Source: a virus. Taken from it: a stretch of 64,000 nucleotides of DNA. The stretch covers positions 1 through 64,000 of IMG/VR virus record IMGVR_UViG_3300031857_000053. One strand, 5' to 3'. Below are positions 10,266-20,030 of this stretch, piece after piece; the stretch's first letter is position 1, and each line of letters begins with the position of its first letter. Under the pieces are notes generated by a model. That model had not been told where the DNA came from, did no database searches, and was given only the letters and a program-made list of their open reading frames with translations. The translations under genes were made by a program, and so were the position numbers.

Positions 10266-13040
10266 ATGAAGATTTTAAATGCGATGCAATTAAAGAGTGG
10301 AGCCAAAACGGAGTATAACCGTATGGGTTCCATTACACAACCTATTCAATTTTTACCTAGAAAAGAAAAAGATGAAGAGTGGATAGCTTGGAATATGGAT
10401 TGGTTAGAATGGGAGGGGCTTAAGCAAATTAGACGCAATGCTCAAAGGTTGATGAAAAACTATAAGCTTGCTAAAGGTATTATTGATAGAAATGATTACA
10501 TAGTTGAACAAGATAATGAGATGAGAGATCTTGTTGAAGTTCTTGTAAAACAAGATGATACAGCTTTAGAACTTAAATTTTATCCTATTATTCCAAATGT
10601 GATAAATGTTTTAACTAGTGAATTTGCTAAAAGAAATAACAAAATTACTTTTAGAGCTGTTGATGAAAACTCTTACAATGAGATGTTGCAGTTAAAGATG
10701 AATGCTATTGAATCAGTTTTGATGCAAGATGCTCAACAGAAGCTTATAGCTAATATGATATCTCAGGGTGCAGATCCTAATGATCCTGAATTACAAGAGC
10801 AAATGCAACAACAATTAGCTCCTGAAAATTTAAAAACATTACCTGAGATTCAAAATTTCTTTAATAAAGATTATAGAAGTTTATGTGAAGATTGGGCAAT
10901 TCACCAACATAGAGTAGATGATGAAAGATTTAAATTAGATGAACTTGAGGAAAGAGGTTTTAGAGATAGTCTTATTACAGATAGAGAGTTTTGGCACTTT
11001 AAGATGTATGAAGATGATTATGATGTAGAACTTTGGAATCCAGTTTTAACTTTTTATCACAAATCTCCTGAAGTAAGATATATTAGTCAAGGTAATTGGG
11101 TCGGTAAAATAGAAATGATGACCGTAGCCGATGTTATAGATAAATACGGTTATCTAATGACAAATGATCAATTGGAATCACTTGAAGCTATATACCCTGT
11201 ACGTTCTGCAGGTTATGCTAATCAGGGCTATCAAAATGATGGATCTTATTATGATGCTACTAAGAGTCATGATTGGAATACTAATATGCCCGGTCTTGCT
11301 TATAGACAATTTACTTCTATGTGGGATAATTACGATTATAATGGAGGTGATATTGTAAATTGGATTATGGGTCAATCTGAAGATTACTATGATGAGGGAA
11401 TGGCTTATATGCTAAGAGTCACTACTAATTATTGGAAATCTCAGCGTAAAGTGGGACATCTAACTAAAATTAATGATACAGGTGAAACAATCACTGATAT
11501 TATTGATGAAAGCTATGAGATAACAGATAAACCTATTTATAATACTCAGTTATTTAAAAATAAGACTAAAGATACTTTAATCTTTGGAGAACATATTGAT
11601 TGGATATGGATTAATCAAGTTTGGGGTGGTGTAAAGATTGGTCCTAATCGACCTACTTTCTGGGGAGCTAATAATCCTGGTGGAGTAAATCCTATTTATC
11701 TAGGTATTGATCAAAATAAAGTGGGACCACTTAAATTCCAATTTAAAGGTGATAATACTTTATATGGTTGTAAACTTCCAGTAGAAGGTTCTGTTTTCTC
11801 TGATCGTAATACTAGATCAACAGCTTTAGTAGATCTTATGAAACCTTATCAGATTGGGTACAATATAGTAAACAATCAGATAGCAGATATCTTAGTTGAT
11901 GAACTTGGAACAGTAGTATTATTAGATCAGAATGCTTTACCTCGTCACTCTTTGGGTGAAGATTGGGGAAAGAACAACTTAGCCAAGGCTTATGTTGCAA
12001 TGAAGAATTTTCAGATGTTACCGTTGGATACAACTATAACTAATACTGAAAATCCTTTAGCTTTCCAGCATTTCCAACAACTAGATCTTTCTCAGACTAA
12101 TAGATTATTATCTAGGATTCAATTAGCTAATTACTTTAAGCAACAATGTTTTGAAAATATTGGTGTTACTCCACAAAGACTTGGACAACAGATAGGTCAA
12201 TCGGATACTGCTACCGGGATAGAACAAGCTGTTGCTGGATCTTATGCTCAAACAGAGATGTATTTTATTCAACACTCAGATTATCTGATGCCAAGAGTTC
12301 ACCAGATGAGAACAGATCTTGCGCAATATTATCAATCTACTAAACCTTCTTTAAGGTTACAGTATATGACGACTAAAGATGAGAAAGTAAATTTTGAAAT
12401 CAATGGTACTGATTTATTGCTTCGTGATATAAATGTTTATTGTACAACTAAAGCTAATCATAGATCTATCTTAGAACAAATGAAGCAACTAGCTATGCAA
12501 AATAATACAGCTGGAGCCTCTATTTATGATCTAGGTGCCGTTATTCAATCTGAATCTTTAGCAGAACTTACACATACTTTAAAATCTGTAGAAGAAAAAT
12601 CTAAAGGTCAACGTCAAGAACAGATGGCTCATGAAGAGAAGATGAAGCAAATGGAAGCTGAACAGCGTACTAAAGAAAAGCAGATGGAACTTGATCATGA
12701 AGTTCTTGAAGCTGAGAAAAATAGACGTAAAGATATACTTGTAGCTGAGATTAAATCAGCAGGTTATGGAGCGATGCAAGATCTTAATGAGAATAAGATG
12801 AGTGATTTCCAAGATGTAATGAGTAACATGCGAAAAACTGAAGAATTTGATGCTACAATGAATCTTAATCGTGAGAAGGAAGTATCTAGAAATCAACATA
12901 GTCAACAGAAAATAGACTTAGAAAAACAGAAGCTCAGTCAACAAATGCTTTTAAAGAATGTAGATTATCAAATTGCAAAAGAAAATAAGAACAAATATGA
13001 TGTAGGAAAAAAAGAAAAAACACCTAAGAAAAAATCTTAA
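10266..13040 (+). CDS. portal protein (crAss-like)
   Basis: 924 aa; YPIIPNVINVLTSEFAKR, LVDLMKPYQIGYNIV and GVTPQRLGQ motifs; long coiled-coil C-terminus; terL-portal-scaffold-MCP synteny. Confidence 0.88.
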   Translation: MKILNAMQLKSGAKTEYNRMGSITQPIQFLPRKEKDEEWIAWNMDWLEWEGLKQIRRNAQRLMKNYKLAKGIIDRNDYIVEQDNEMRDLVEVLVKQDDTALELKFYPIIPNVINVLTSEFAKRNNKITFRAVDENSYNEMLQLKMNAIESVLMQDAQQKLIANMISQGADPNDPELQEQMQQQLAPENLKTLPEIQNFFNKDYRSLCEDWAIHQHRVDDERFKLDELEERGFRDSLITDREFWHFKMYEDDYDVELWNPVLTFYHKSPEVRYISQGNWVGKIEMMTVADVIDKYGYLMTNDQLESLEAIYPVRSAGYANQGYQNDGSYYDATKSHDWNTNMPGLAYRQFTSMWDNYDYNGGDIVNWIMGQSEDYYDEGMAYMLRVTTNYWKSQRKVGHLTKINDTGETITDIIDESYEITDKPIYNTQLFKNKTKDTLIFGEHIDWIWINQVWGGVKIGPNRPTFWGANNPGGVNPIYLGIDQNKVGPLKFQFKGDNTLYGCKLPVEGSVFSDRNTRSTALVDLMKPYQIGYNIVNNQIADILVDELGTVVLLDQNALPRHSLGEDWGKNNLAKAYVAMKNFQMLPLDTTITNTENPLAFQHFQQLDLSQTNRLLSRIQLANYFKQQCFENIGVTPQRLGQQIGQSDTATGIEQAVAGSYAQTEMYFIQHSDYLMPRVHQMRTDLAQYYQSTKPSLRLQYMTTKDEKVNFEINGTDLLLRDINVYCTTKANHRSILEQMKQLAMQNNTAGASIYDLGAVIQSESLAELTHTLKSVEEKSKGQRQEQMAHEEKMKQMEAEQRTKEKQMELDHEVLEAEKNRRKDILVAEIKSAGYGAMQDLNENKMSDFQDVMSNMRKTEEFDATMNLNREKEVSRNQHSQQKIDLEKQKLSQQMLLKNVDYQIAKENKNKYDVGKKEKTPKKKS

Positions 13041-13153
13041 TAGTGATATAATTTAACAAATGTTTCACTATTAGTTTATAAGTGTAAATTTATTAAGTTT
13101 AGATTTTATATTTTTGAGTAAATTTAATTGTCAGATCATAAAAACCAACCAAC

Positions 13154-14437
13154 ATGTCAGATAAAAAAGAAGAAGGCACAACCACTGTTAAAACAGTGGA
13201 TATTGCCGATTTAGATCAACTATTAGGAACCCCTGGCGCAGAGAGTGTTATGGTTCCAGAAGGTGAGAAAAAACAGGTTGAAAAACCTAATATTTTCACT
13301 AATAAAAAAGTAGATCTTTCGTTCCTTGAAAAAGATGATGAGGATGATTCATCATCACCGGATGTAAAAACAAATTTTAAGAAAGATGATTCTCTTCCAG
13401 AAAAATTAACTAAGGAAGATGAAGAAGAGATTTTAAATCAAATAACTGCAGATCCAGATAAGCCAGGTGGAAGACCTAAGATGAGTAAAGATGCTATGTT
13501 AGAACTTGCTCAAAGGCTTATTGAAACTAATCAAATTGTTCCTTTTCAAAATGAAAAGGGAGAAGATGAGGATCTTACTAAATACTCAGTTAAAGATTTT
13601 GAAGAACTTTTTACAGCTAATTTTAAAGAGAAAGAAAATAAAATACGTCAACAAGTTCCAATAGAATTTTTTGATTCTCTTCCTGAAGAGATGCAATATG
13701 CTGCAAAGTATATTGCTGATGGAGGGAAAGATTTGAAAGGTTTATTTAGAACTCTAGCTCAAGTAGAAGAAGTTCGACAACTTGATCCTTCAGAAGAAAG
13801 TGATCAAGAACAAATTGTTAGATCATATCTTAATGCTACAAATCCAGATTGGACACCAGATGAAATTGAAGAAGAGATTATTGGCTGGAGAGATCGAGAT
13901 GAATTAGAGTCTAAAGCTAAAAAATTCAAACCAAAATTGGATGCTATGCAAGAGCAAGTAGTTGCACAACAACTTGCTAGACAAGAGCAATTGCGTAAAC
14001 AACAACAGCAACATGCTCAAGCATATATGGAAAATATATATCAAGTATTAGAACCAGCTGAAATTAATGGTTTAAAACTTGATAAAAAAACACAAGGTTT
14101 ATTGTATAGTGGTCTAGTACAAGCAAACTATCCTTCTGTTTCAGGTAAACAAACAAATCTCTTAGGACACTTATTAGAAAAGTATCAATTTGTAGAACCT
14201 AATCATGCTCTTGTAGCAGAAGCATTATGGTTATTAGCAGATCCTGATGGCTATAGAAATAAGGTTAAAGAAAATGGTTCAAAAAGTACTATAGAGAAAA
14301 CAGTTAGATTACTTAAAACAGAAGAAAAAAATAAAATTGGTTCTTCCGTGGGATCTGATATTGATGCTGATCAAAGAGCATCTACTAGAACTCGTAGTGG
14401 AATTCAAAGACCAACAGGTGGATTTTTTAAAAGATAA
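13154..14437 (+). CDS. putative capsid scaffolding protein
   Basis: Acidic, disordered N-terminus and Gln-rich coiled coil; directly upstream of the major capsid gene. Confidence 0.65.
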   Translation: MSDKKEEGTTTVKTVDIADLDQLLGTPGAESVMVPEGEKKQVEKPNIFTNKKVDLSFLEKDDEDDSSSPDVKTNFKKDDSLPEKLTKEDEEEILNQITADPDKPGGRPKMSKDAMLELAQRLIETNQIVPFQNEKGEDEDLTKYSVKDFEELFTANFKEKENKIRQQVPIEFFDSLPEEMQYAAKYIADGGKDLKGLFRTLAQVEEVRQLDPSEESDQEQIVRSYLNATNPDWTPDEIEEEIIGWRDRDELESKAKKFKPKLDAMQEQVVAQQLARQEQLRKQQQQHAQAYMENIYQVLEPAEINGLKLDKKTQGLLYSGLVQANYPSVSGKQTNLLGHLLEKYQFVEPNHALVAEALWLLADPDGYRNKVKENGSKSTIEKTVRLLKTEEKNKIGSSVGSDIDADQRASTRTRSGIQRPTGGFFKR

Positions 14438-14465
14438 TATTAATAACTAAATAAATAACAACACA

Positions 14466-16091
14466 ATGAGCACTCCAGTTTTAAACAATGGTATATTCTT
14501 GCGTGACACGAAGTATGAAGCTTCTTCTCACGTAGATTCTTACCACTTAGTCAACATGTTAAAAGACGCTGAACCTATGGATATGGGTCCAGTAGACATC
14601 TGGGCAATGACCCAGAAGGTAGAGATGCCACTCTATCAGATGTCAAGTTTTGGTGGCAAAAATGTTATCATGGTAGATAACGCTAGAGGTGAGTATAAGT
14701 GGCAGACTCCTGTATCTCAGGATCTTCCTTATATCATCGAAGATATCGAACCAGATAATACTACTAAAGGTATAGATGGTACAACTTTCAGAATCAAAAT
14801 CAACAAGCGTGAGTTTGGTCATGGAGATATCATCACTTATGACAAGTATAATGGTGCAGAGATGTACATTACTGTGGATGATATTCTTCCAGCTAGTGAT
14901 GGTTATATCTACACTGTTCAACTTGTAAACAATGATAACTACAAGTATTTAGATAATAAATACTTAGAAGGTCAAACTAAGATTTTCCGTAAAGGTTCTG
15001 CTCGTGGTGAGTATGGAGAAAGATTCTCTGATATTACTACACGTTCTGGATACCGCGAATTTTACAATTTCGTAGGTGGATCTGAAGCACATGTTCACTA
15101 CTCTATTTCATCTCGCGCAGATATGATGACTCGTGGTGGTATGAATGCTGATGGTACAGTTCCTGTAACTGAAATCTGGAGAAACTTTGACAAATCTATG
15201 GATCCGTCAATTTCTAAGATTGAAGACATGGTTGCTACTATGGGTAAAGATTATGTAAAGCGCGCTGTTGCTAATGGAACATTGAGCAGAACATTTGTTA
15301 CTTCTATGGAAGCAGCACATCTTACTAAAATTGCTACAGATATCGAGACTTACTTAATGTGGGGACACGGTGGACGTATCAAGCAAGATGGTCCAGATGA
15401 TATCCGTATGTCAGTGGGTCTTTGGAAACAATTAGATAACTCTTTCAAAAAGGTTTATAATAAGTCTAATTTCTCTCTTGAACTATTCCGCGCTGAGCTT
15501 TATAATTTCTACGCAGGTCGTGTTGAATTCCAAGGTCCAGATCCTAAGCGTCAGCTTATTGTTCAGACTGGTATGGGTGGTATGCGCCTTGTTAATGAAG
15601 CTATTAAGCGTGAAGCTTCTAATTCTGGTTTAGTAATCCAAGCTGCTCAAAACAGTGGTATCGGAGCTATCTCTGGCCAGGGTATGGATTTAGGATTTGG
15701 ATTTGCTTATACTAGCTACGTTATTCCATTCTTAGCAAATGTTAAGTTTGTATTGAACCCAGCTTTTGACAATATCCATACAAATGATATTGAAAATCCA
15801 ATTATCGATGGTAACCCATTATCTTCTTATAGCTTTATTATCTTTGATATTACTGATACAGGAAATGATAATATCTTCTTATTGAAATTATCTTGGGATA
15901 ATCAATTGAAGTGGTGGTATCAAAACGGTACTATGGACTACATGGGAAGAACTCAAGGGTTCCAATCTAATGGACAGTTCAATGGATACCGTGTTTATAT
16001 GACACAAACAATGCCAGCTATTTGGGTAAAAGACCCAACTAAGGTATTGAAGATAGTTATGAGAAACCCAATCACGGGAGGATCATTCTAA
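14466..16091 (+). CDS. major capsid protein
   Basis: 541 aa; codon usage of a highly expressed gene (more C-ending codons, CGT); position after portal and scaffold; LMWGHGG...GLWKQL region typical of crAss-like HK97-fold capsids. Confidence 0.85.
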   Translation: MSTPVLNNGIFLRDTKYEASSHVDSYHLVNMLKDAEPMDMGPVDIWAMTQKVEMPLYQMSSFGGKNVIMVDNARGEYKWQTPVSQDLPYIIEDIEPDNTTKGIDGTTFRIKINKREFGHGDIITYDKYNGAEMYITVDDILPASDGYIYTVQLVNNDNYKYLDNKYLEGQTKIFRKGSARGEYGERFSDITTRSGYREFYNFVGGSEAHVHYSISSRADMMTRGGMNADGTVPVTEIWRNFDKSMDPSISKIEDMVATMGKDYVKRAVANGTLSRTFVTSMEAAHLTKIATDIETYLMWGHGGRIKQDGPDDIRMSVGLWKQLDNSFKKVYNKSNFSLELFRAELYNFYAGRVEFQGPDPKRQLIVQTGMGGMRLVNEAIKREASNSGLVIQAAQNSGIGAISGQGMDLGFGFAYTSYVIPFLANVKFVLNPAFDNIHTNDIENPIIDGNPLSSYSFIIFDITDTGNDNIFLLKLSWDNQLKWWYQNGTMDYMGRTQGFQSNGQFNGYRVYMTQTMPAIWVKDPTKVLKIVMRNPITGGSF

Positions 16092-16096
16092 TATTA

Positions 16097-16140
16097 GCGC
16101 CAGCGGAAGGTTATTCATGTTTCCTTCCGCATATTGGTGC
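16097..16140 (+). other. strong stem-loop directly after the capsid stop codon
   Basis: GCGCCA-GCGGAAGG ... CCTTCCGC-(ATAT)-TGGTGC; no T tract, so more likely a stabiliser or processing site than a terminator. Confidence 0.6.
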
Positions 16141-16142
16141 CT

Positions 16143-16200
16143 TGCTTGGATAGTGTTTTGAAATAAGAGACACGACTGGTTCGATCCTGGTCCAAGTGCA
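16143..16200 (+). ncRNA. tRNA-like element lacking a D arm
   Basis: Acceptor-like stem TGCTTGG/CCAAGTG, one hairpin GTGTTTT/GAGACAC, T arm ACTGG-TTCGATC-CTGGT. Confidence 0.45.
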
Positions 16201-16226
16201 AAAAGCTAACCTTAAACCAACATAAA

Positions 16227-17243
16227 ATGAAAGTAACACTTACAGAACTTCCTACGATCTCAGATCAAGGAAAAATTTCGATTAAACCGTTCTTTGACCC
16301 TGATGTAGATAATCTAGGTCTTCAGAATTATGGGATCTCTTTATTTGATGGAGTATTTCATGAAGAAGAATTAGCTTGTATAGAGCTTAATGGAATCAAG
16401 AGATATGTAACAGGTCTTAATCCTTATGCTCCAGAAGTTAAATTGATTCCAGATAAAGAGAGAAGAGAAGCTGTAATTTTAGATATTAATAAAGTTGTAG
16501 CAAAACTAGAAGCTGAACTAGCAACTAATATTATAGATCCAACTGATATTGATTTTTGGAATAAAGTAAAATTACTAAGACCGGATAATGATGATTTTTG
16601 GTCTACGATTAAAGTTCGTTGTGGTAACAAACCTGTTCCTTTAGATCCAGAAAATAATCCTCATGATCTAATTAGATTTTACGCAATCAATGCTGGTGGA
16701 TTTTCTATTGTAGCAAAGAGTTATGATGATGCTAAAAATAAACCAGTTGCTCCAAAGTTTTATTTAGATAAAGCGATTAATACAATTGCTACTAAAACAG
16801 AACTTAAAAAATTGCGTAATAAGGCTCTTGCTGAACTTGAGCATATGTATAAAAAGCAAGTTTCTAAGCTTATGTATGTAGCTAAAGTTGTAGATGGCAA
16901 TAGTTCTCAATATAAAAGATCAACTCCAGTTGATGTTATCTATGATAATTTAGATACATTTATTAATGGAGAAGGTGTAGAGAGAAGTGAGCGTAGAGCA
17001 GCTGAGTATTTTTTAGATACAGCTAGTCAAGATGTAGAAACTTTAAAACTTAGAGCTTTAATTAAAGATGCTAATTTTTATAAGTTATTGGCGCCTAAAT
17101 CAGATGGTATGATTTATCATATGTCTACACAAACTATTATGGGTAGAAATACTGCAGAGTGTTTAGAGTTTTTAAAGAATCCTTTAAATGATAAGATTCT
17201 AGAAGATTTATTACAAAAAGTTGAAGTACATTGGAAAAAATAA
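16227..17243 (+). CDS. conserved crAss-like protein downstream of the major capsid gene
   Basis: 338 aa; occupies the conserved post-capsid position in crAss-like head modules. Confidence 0.6.
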   Translation: MKVTLTELPTISDQGKISIKPFFDPDVDNLGLQNYGISLFDGVFHEEELACIELNGIKRYVTGLNPYAPEVKLIPDKERREAVILDINKVVAKLEAELATNIIDPTDIDFWNKVKLLRPDNDDFWSTIKVRCGNKPVPLDPENNPHDLIRFYAINAGGFSIVAKSYDDAKNKPVAPKFYLDKAINTIATKTELKKLRNKALAELEHMYKKQVSKLMYVAKVVDGNSSQYKRSTPVDVIYDNLDTFINGEGVERSERRAAEYFLDTASQDVETLKLRALIKDANFYKLLAPKSDGMIYHMSTQTIMGRNTAECLEFLKNPLNDKILEDLLQKVEVHWKK

Positions 17244-17249
17244 AAATAT

Positions 17250-18035
17250 ATGGCACGTTATAATAAGTATAAATTAATAGGTCCAAGAGCTATTAGAAGA
17301 GCTAAAGCTAAAACAGAAAAAGCAAAAGCTTTAGGATATGAAAATGCTGCAGATATGAAAAGATCTAAGGCTGAAAATCTATCTATAGCTATTGGAACAG
17401 GTAGATCTAAACTTAGATCTACTTCAACATCTACTAATAATAGTAATACTAATATTAGTACTACTTCAGGTTCTTCAGCTGGAGCAACTGGAGGAGCTGG
17501 TGGTACAGGAGGTGCAGGTGGAACTGGTGGTAGTTCTAGTGCTAATCGTACTATTAATGAAGGTAATACTAGTAATTATGGAAATAATTCTACAGTTACA
17601 GGTGGAAGCGGAAATATGAGTGCTATAGAAAATCGAAAATTTGGTGGACAAAAACTTAAAAATCAAAAATATATGAAAACTATGAGAAAAATGTTAAAAG
17701 GTGGACCAACTACAAAACAAACTGTTAAATCTGTTGGTACTTCAATGGGTAATAAAAAAACAACTAATTCTAATAATAAAACTACTAATACTAAAGTAGA
17801 TCAAAGTAGTGGAAGAAATACTAATAGTAGTAGAAATACTAATTCTACTAATGTTAGAAATACTAACTCTACTAATGTTAGAAATACTAATACTAATAAT
17901 AGTAGAAATACTACTACTAAAAATAATACTTCTAATACTGGAGCAAATTCATTTGTTGTTGGTGGAAATAAAAATCAAGTAGTTAAGACTGGTTCATATA
18001 AAAAAGGTGGTTCAGTTAAATCTAAAAAGAAATAA
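17250..18035 (+). CDS. basic low-complexity (N/T/S/G-rich) protein
   Basis: 261 aa; Gly/Thr and RNTNSTNV repeats; RKFGG, MLKGG and YKKGG motifs. Confidence 0.6.
   Translation: MARYNKYKLIGPRAIRRAKAKTEKAKALGYENAADMKRSKAENLSIAIGTGRSKLRSTSTSTNNSNTNISTTSGSSAGATGGAGGTGGAGGTGGSSSANRTINEGNTSNYGNNSTVTGGSGNMSAIENRKFGGQKLKNQKYMKTMRKMLKGGPTTKQTVKSVGTSMGNKKTTNSNNKTTNTKVDQSSGRNTNSSRNTNSTNVRNTNSTNVRNTNTNNSRNTTTKNNTSNTGANSFVVGGNKNQVVKTGSYKKGGSVKSKKK
17813..17893 (+). repeat. in-frame tandem repeat (mostly 24-bp units, AGAAATACTAA...)
   Basis: AGAAATACTAATTCTACTAATGTT / AGAAATACTAACTCTACTAATGTT plus degenerate copies encoding RNTNSTNV-like units. Confidence 0.75.
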
Positions 18036-18037
18036 AT

Positions 18038-18202
18038 ATGAAAACAATTAAGTCTTTAAACAAGTATCCTGAAGTAGTTACAAAACCAACTCAGTATAAA
18101 GGAGGAATGAATATAGCAGCATGTTGTGAAGTAGTTACTAATCCAACACGTTATAAAGGTGGTTTAAATACTGCAGCTTGCAATGTGCCTAAAAAGAAGT
18201 AA
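18038..18202 (+). CDS. small protein with an internal duplication (54 aa, not in ORF track)
   Basis: MKTIKSLNKYP-EVVTKPTQYKGGMNIAACC-EVVTNPTRYKGGLNTAAC-NVPKKK*; 2-nt gaps to both neighbours. Confidence 0.7.
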   Translation: MKTIKSLNKYPEVVTKPTQYKGGMNIAACCEVVTNPTRYKGGLNTAACNVPKKK

Positions 18203-18204
18203 TT

Positions 18205-18552
18205 ATGCCAAGAAAAGATAAATATGCAAAAGATCGTAAAAAAATAGAAACATCAATTGCAACAAGTAATTTTGGAAGTCATATGGGATATGTAGGAGCC
18301 TCTAAAAAAATTGAGGCTTCTAAAAAAAGTCGTATGAATGAGGATACTCGTAGTGCTAAAATTATTAGATATTATCAAGGAGGCGAATCTGATACTACTA
18401 AAGTTGAACCAAAACAAACTTTTAATTCTACTAATCCTTATCTTGATGAAGCAAGAAAAAAAATGTTTGAAACTTATAAAACAATTATAATAAATAACCC
18501 TAAAGATCAAGCTAAAGAATTAAAACTAAAAAAAAGTAATGGCAAAAACTAA
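18205..18552 (+). CDS. small basic protein
   Basis: 115 aa, Lys-rich, contains YYQGG. Confidence 0.6.
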   Translation: MPRKDKYAKDRKKIETSIATSNFGSHMGYVGASKKIEASKKSRMNEDTRSAKIIRYYQGGESDTTKVEPKQTFNSTNPYLDEARKKMFETYKTIIINNPKDQAKELKLKKSNGKN

Positions 18553-18727
18553 AAGCAAAGTAAACCAAGCAGGAGTATATACCAAAGCGGGTATGAGAAA
18601 GTCTTTATTTAATAAGATTAAAGCTGGTACTAAAGGTGGTGATCCTGGTGAGTGGAGCGCAAGAAAGGCTCAACTACTTGCTAAAGAGTATAAGTCAAAA
18701 GGTGGAGGATATAAAACTAAGAAGTAA
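18539..18727 (+). CDS. small basic protein (N-terminal half of a DUF5872-like family)
   Basis: YTKAGMRKSLFNKIKAGTKGGDPGEWSARKAQLLAKEYKSKGGGY. Confidence 0.65.
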   Translation: MAKTKSKVNQAGVYTKAGMRKSLFNKIKAGTKGGDPGEWSARKAQLLAKEYKSKGGGYKTKK

Positions 18728-18728
18728 T

Positions 18729-18905
18729 ATGAAAGGCGTACCACATTATAAAAAAGATGGAACTCTTTACAAAGGATCCGGAGTTCATAAAGATAGCAAG
18801 GGAAATCTAATGAGTGGCAAAAAACATAGCGCTTCAAGTATTTATCTTTTTCATTTAAAAGATCTTAGTAAAACTGTTCAAGCTAAAATTAAAGGTAAAA
18901 AGTAA
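18729..18905 (+). CDS. small basic His-containing protein (58 aa)
   Basis: True start is probably the ATG at 18729 (1 nt after the previous stop), not 18636; MKGVPHYKKDGTLYKGSGVHKD...MSGKKHS. Confidence 0.6.
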   Translation: MKGVPHYKKDGTLYKGSGVHKDSKGNLMSGKKHSASSIYLFHLKDLSKTVQAKIKGKK

Positions 18906-19171
18906 TGGCTAAAGATCCTCAGCAAAGTTTAAGAGATTGGTCAGCTCAAAAGTGGATGACATCTGGAACCTATGCTAATAAAAAGAAAGGTTCTTTTAAA
19001 GAGGTGAAGTCTAAAGGTAAAAAAAGATATTTACCTGAATCTGCTTGGAGTTCTTTATCATCTGGAGAGAAGGCTGCTACTAATAAAGCCAAAGCTGAAG
19101 GTAATAGAAAAGGTAAACAATTTGTATCACAACCAAAAAATATAAAGCAAAAAACTAAAGCGCATCGATAA
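18905..19171 (+). CDS. small basic protein (C-terminal half of a DUF5872-like family)
   Basis: QQSLRDWSAQKW...KRYLPESAWSSLS..EKAATNKAK...KGKQFVSQP. Confidence 0.65.
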   Translation: MAKDPQQSLRDWSAQKWMTSGTYANKKKGSFKEVKSKGKKRYLPESAWSSLSSGEKAATNKAKAEGNRKGKQFVSQPKNIKQKTKAHR

Positions 19172-19207
19172 TTTTACTATATTATACTAAACAAAAAACT
19201 AATTTTT

Positions 19208-19645
19208 ATGGGATATCCTGAATACAAAATAAAAAAAACTCGCAACTGGCAATTAGGTGGTGATCTTATTCAAAGAACTGCTTTTTATAATCATGATCTA
19301 ACAGTTAGCACTGTTGTAGAAGTAAATACCCTTAAAGGTATTATTGAATTAGATAATATAGAAGTCCTTGGTGGCCCAGTTCCAAGTTTTGGAAGTGTTG
19401 CACAAATCTATATTAATAATCCTAGCCTTAATTTGACCCAGGCTAATAAGGATAATATCTATGTACAACTTACACCTTATTATAAACCAGCAGTTGATGA
19501 TAAAGCTATTCCTTATCTTCTTGCTAATGGTGTATTGATACCAAATGGTTTAGGTGTTGAAATATATAATGCTAGTCCAGCAACAGCAGGCGCTGATCAA
19601 TGGGAAGGTGTTTTTTATATTTATTATGAAATCTATACTATTTAA
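19208..19645 (+). CDS. hypothetical beta-rich protein (possible capsid decoration)
   Basis: 145 aa; short basic leader ending WQLGG, then a neutral beta-rich domain. Confidence 0.55.
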   Translation: MGYPEYKIKKTRNWQLGGDLIQRTAFYNHDLTVSTVVEVNTLKGIIELDNIEVLGGPVPSFGSVAQIYINNPSLNLTQANKDNIYVQLTPYYKPAVDDKAIPYLLANGVLIPNGLGVEIYNASPATAGADQWEGVFYIYYEIYTI

Positions 19646-19656
19646 AAAATTAACTT

Positions 19657-19881
19657 ATGACTAAGAAAAAACCAACATCAAAAGCAAAATCATCTACTGT
19701 AGTTTCTATTGGAATGGGTGGCAAAGCAGAGATGAGAAAGTGGGAAATAGAATCTGCTATGAACACATTACAAAGAGCTAAAGAAATTCAAAATGATAAG
19801 AAGCTTATGGCTGATGTAAAAAACATGGCTTCTAAAAAAGCTAAAGAATATAGTAATATTGCATCAGGTAAAATTAAATAA
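19657..19881 (+). CDS. small basic protein
   Basis: 74 aa; IGMGG followed by KWEIESAMNTLQRAKEIQNDKKLM. Confidence 0.6.
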   Translation: MTKKKPTSKAKSSTVVSIGMGGKAEMRKWEIESAMNTLQRAKEIQNDKKLMADVKNMASKKAKEYSNIASGKIK

Positions 19882-19883
19882 TT

Positions 19884-20030
19884 ATGGCAAAGAAAAAAAT
19901 CATTGAATATAAAGGGACAAAAGCAGAGGAAAGATATACTACAAAAGCTGCTATGAAAAAACATGAGAAAACTGAAAGTAAAAAAGAAGAAGCTCGTGAA
20001 AAAAAATTAATGAAAAAAAAGAAAAAGTAA
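19884..20030 (+). CDS. small Lys/Glu-rich protein (48 aa, not in ORF track)
   Basis: MAKKKIIEYKGTKAEERYTTKAAMKKHEKTESKKEEAREKKLMKKKKK*; stop overlaps the next start (TAATG). Confidence 0.65.
   Translation: MAKKKIIEYKGTKAEERYTTKAAMKKHEKTESKKEEAREKKLMKKKKK

Noticed and set aside
13039-13072. Terminator after the portal gene (AATAGTGA...TCACTATT)
   Set aside because: AT-rich stem with a long loop and no clear T tract; too weak to call.
8057-16091. Introns, inteins or homing endonucleases in terL, portal or capsid genes
   Set aside because: The ORFs are continuous and of expected size; I saw no intein splice motifs or HNH/LAGLIDADG genes.
16143-16200. Functional tRNA gene
   Set aside because: No D arm, no canonical anticodon loop and no CCA, and it is only about 57 nt; kept only as a tRNA-like element.
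18636-18728. N-terminal extension of ORF 18636-18905 given in the track
   Set aside because: It overlaps the real gene 18539-18727; the ATG at 18729 directly after that stop is the better start.
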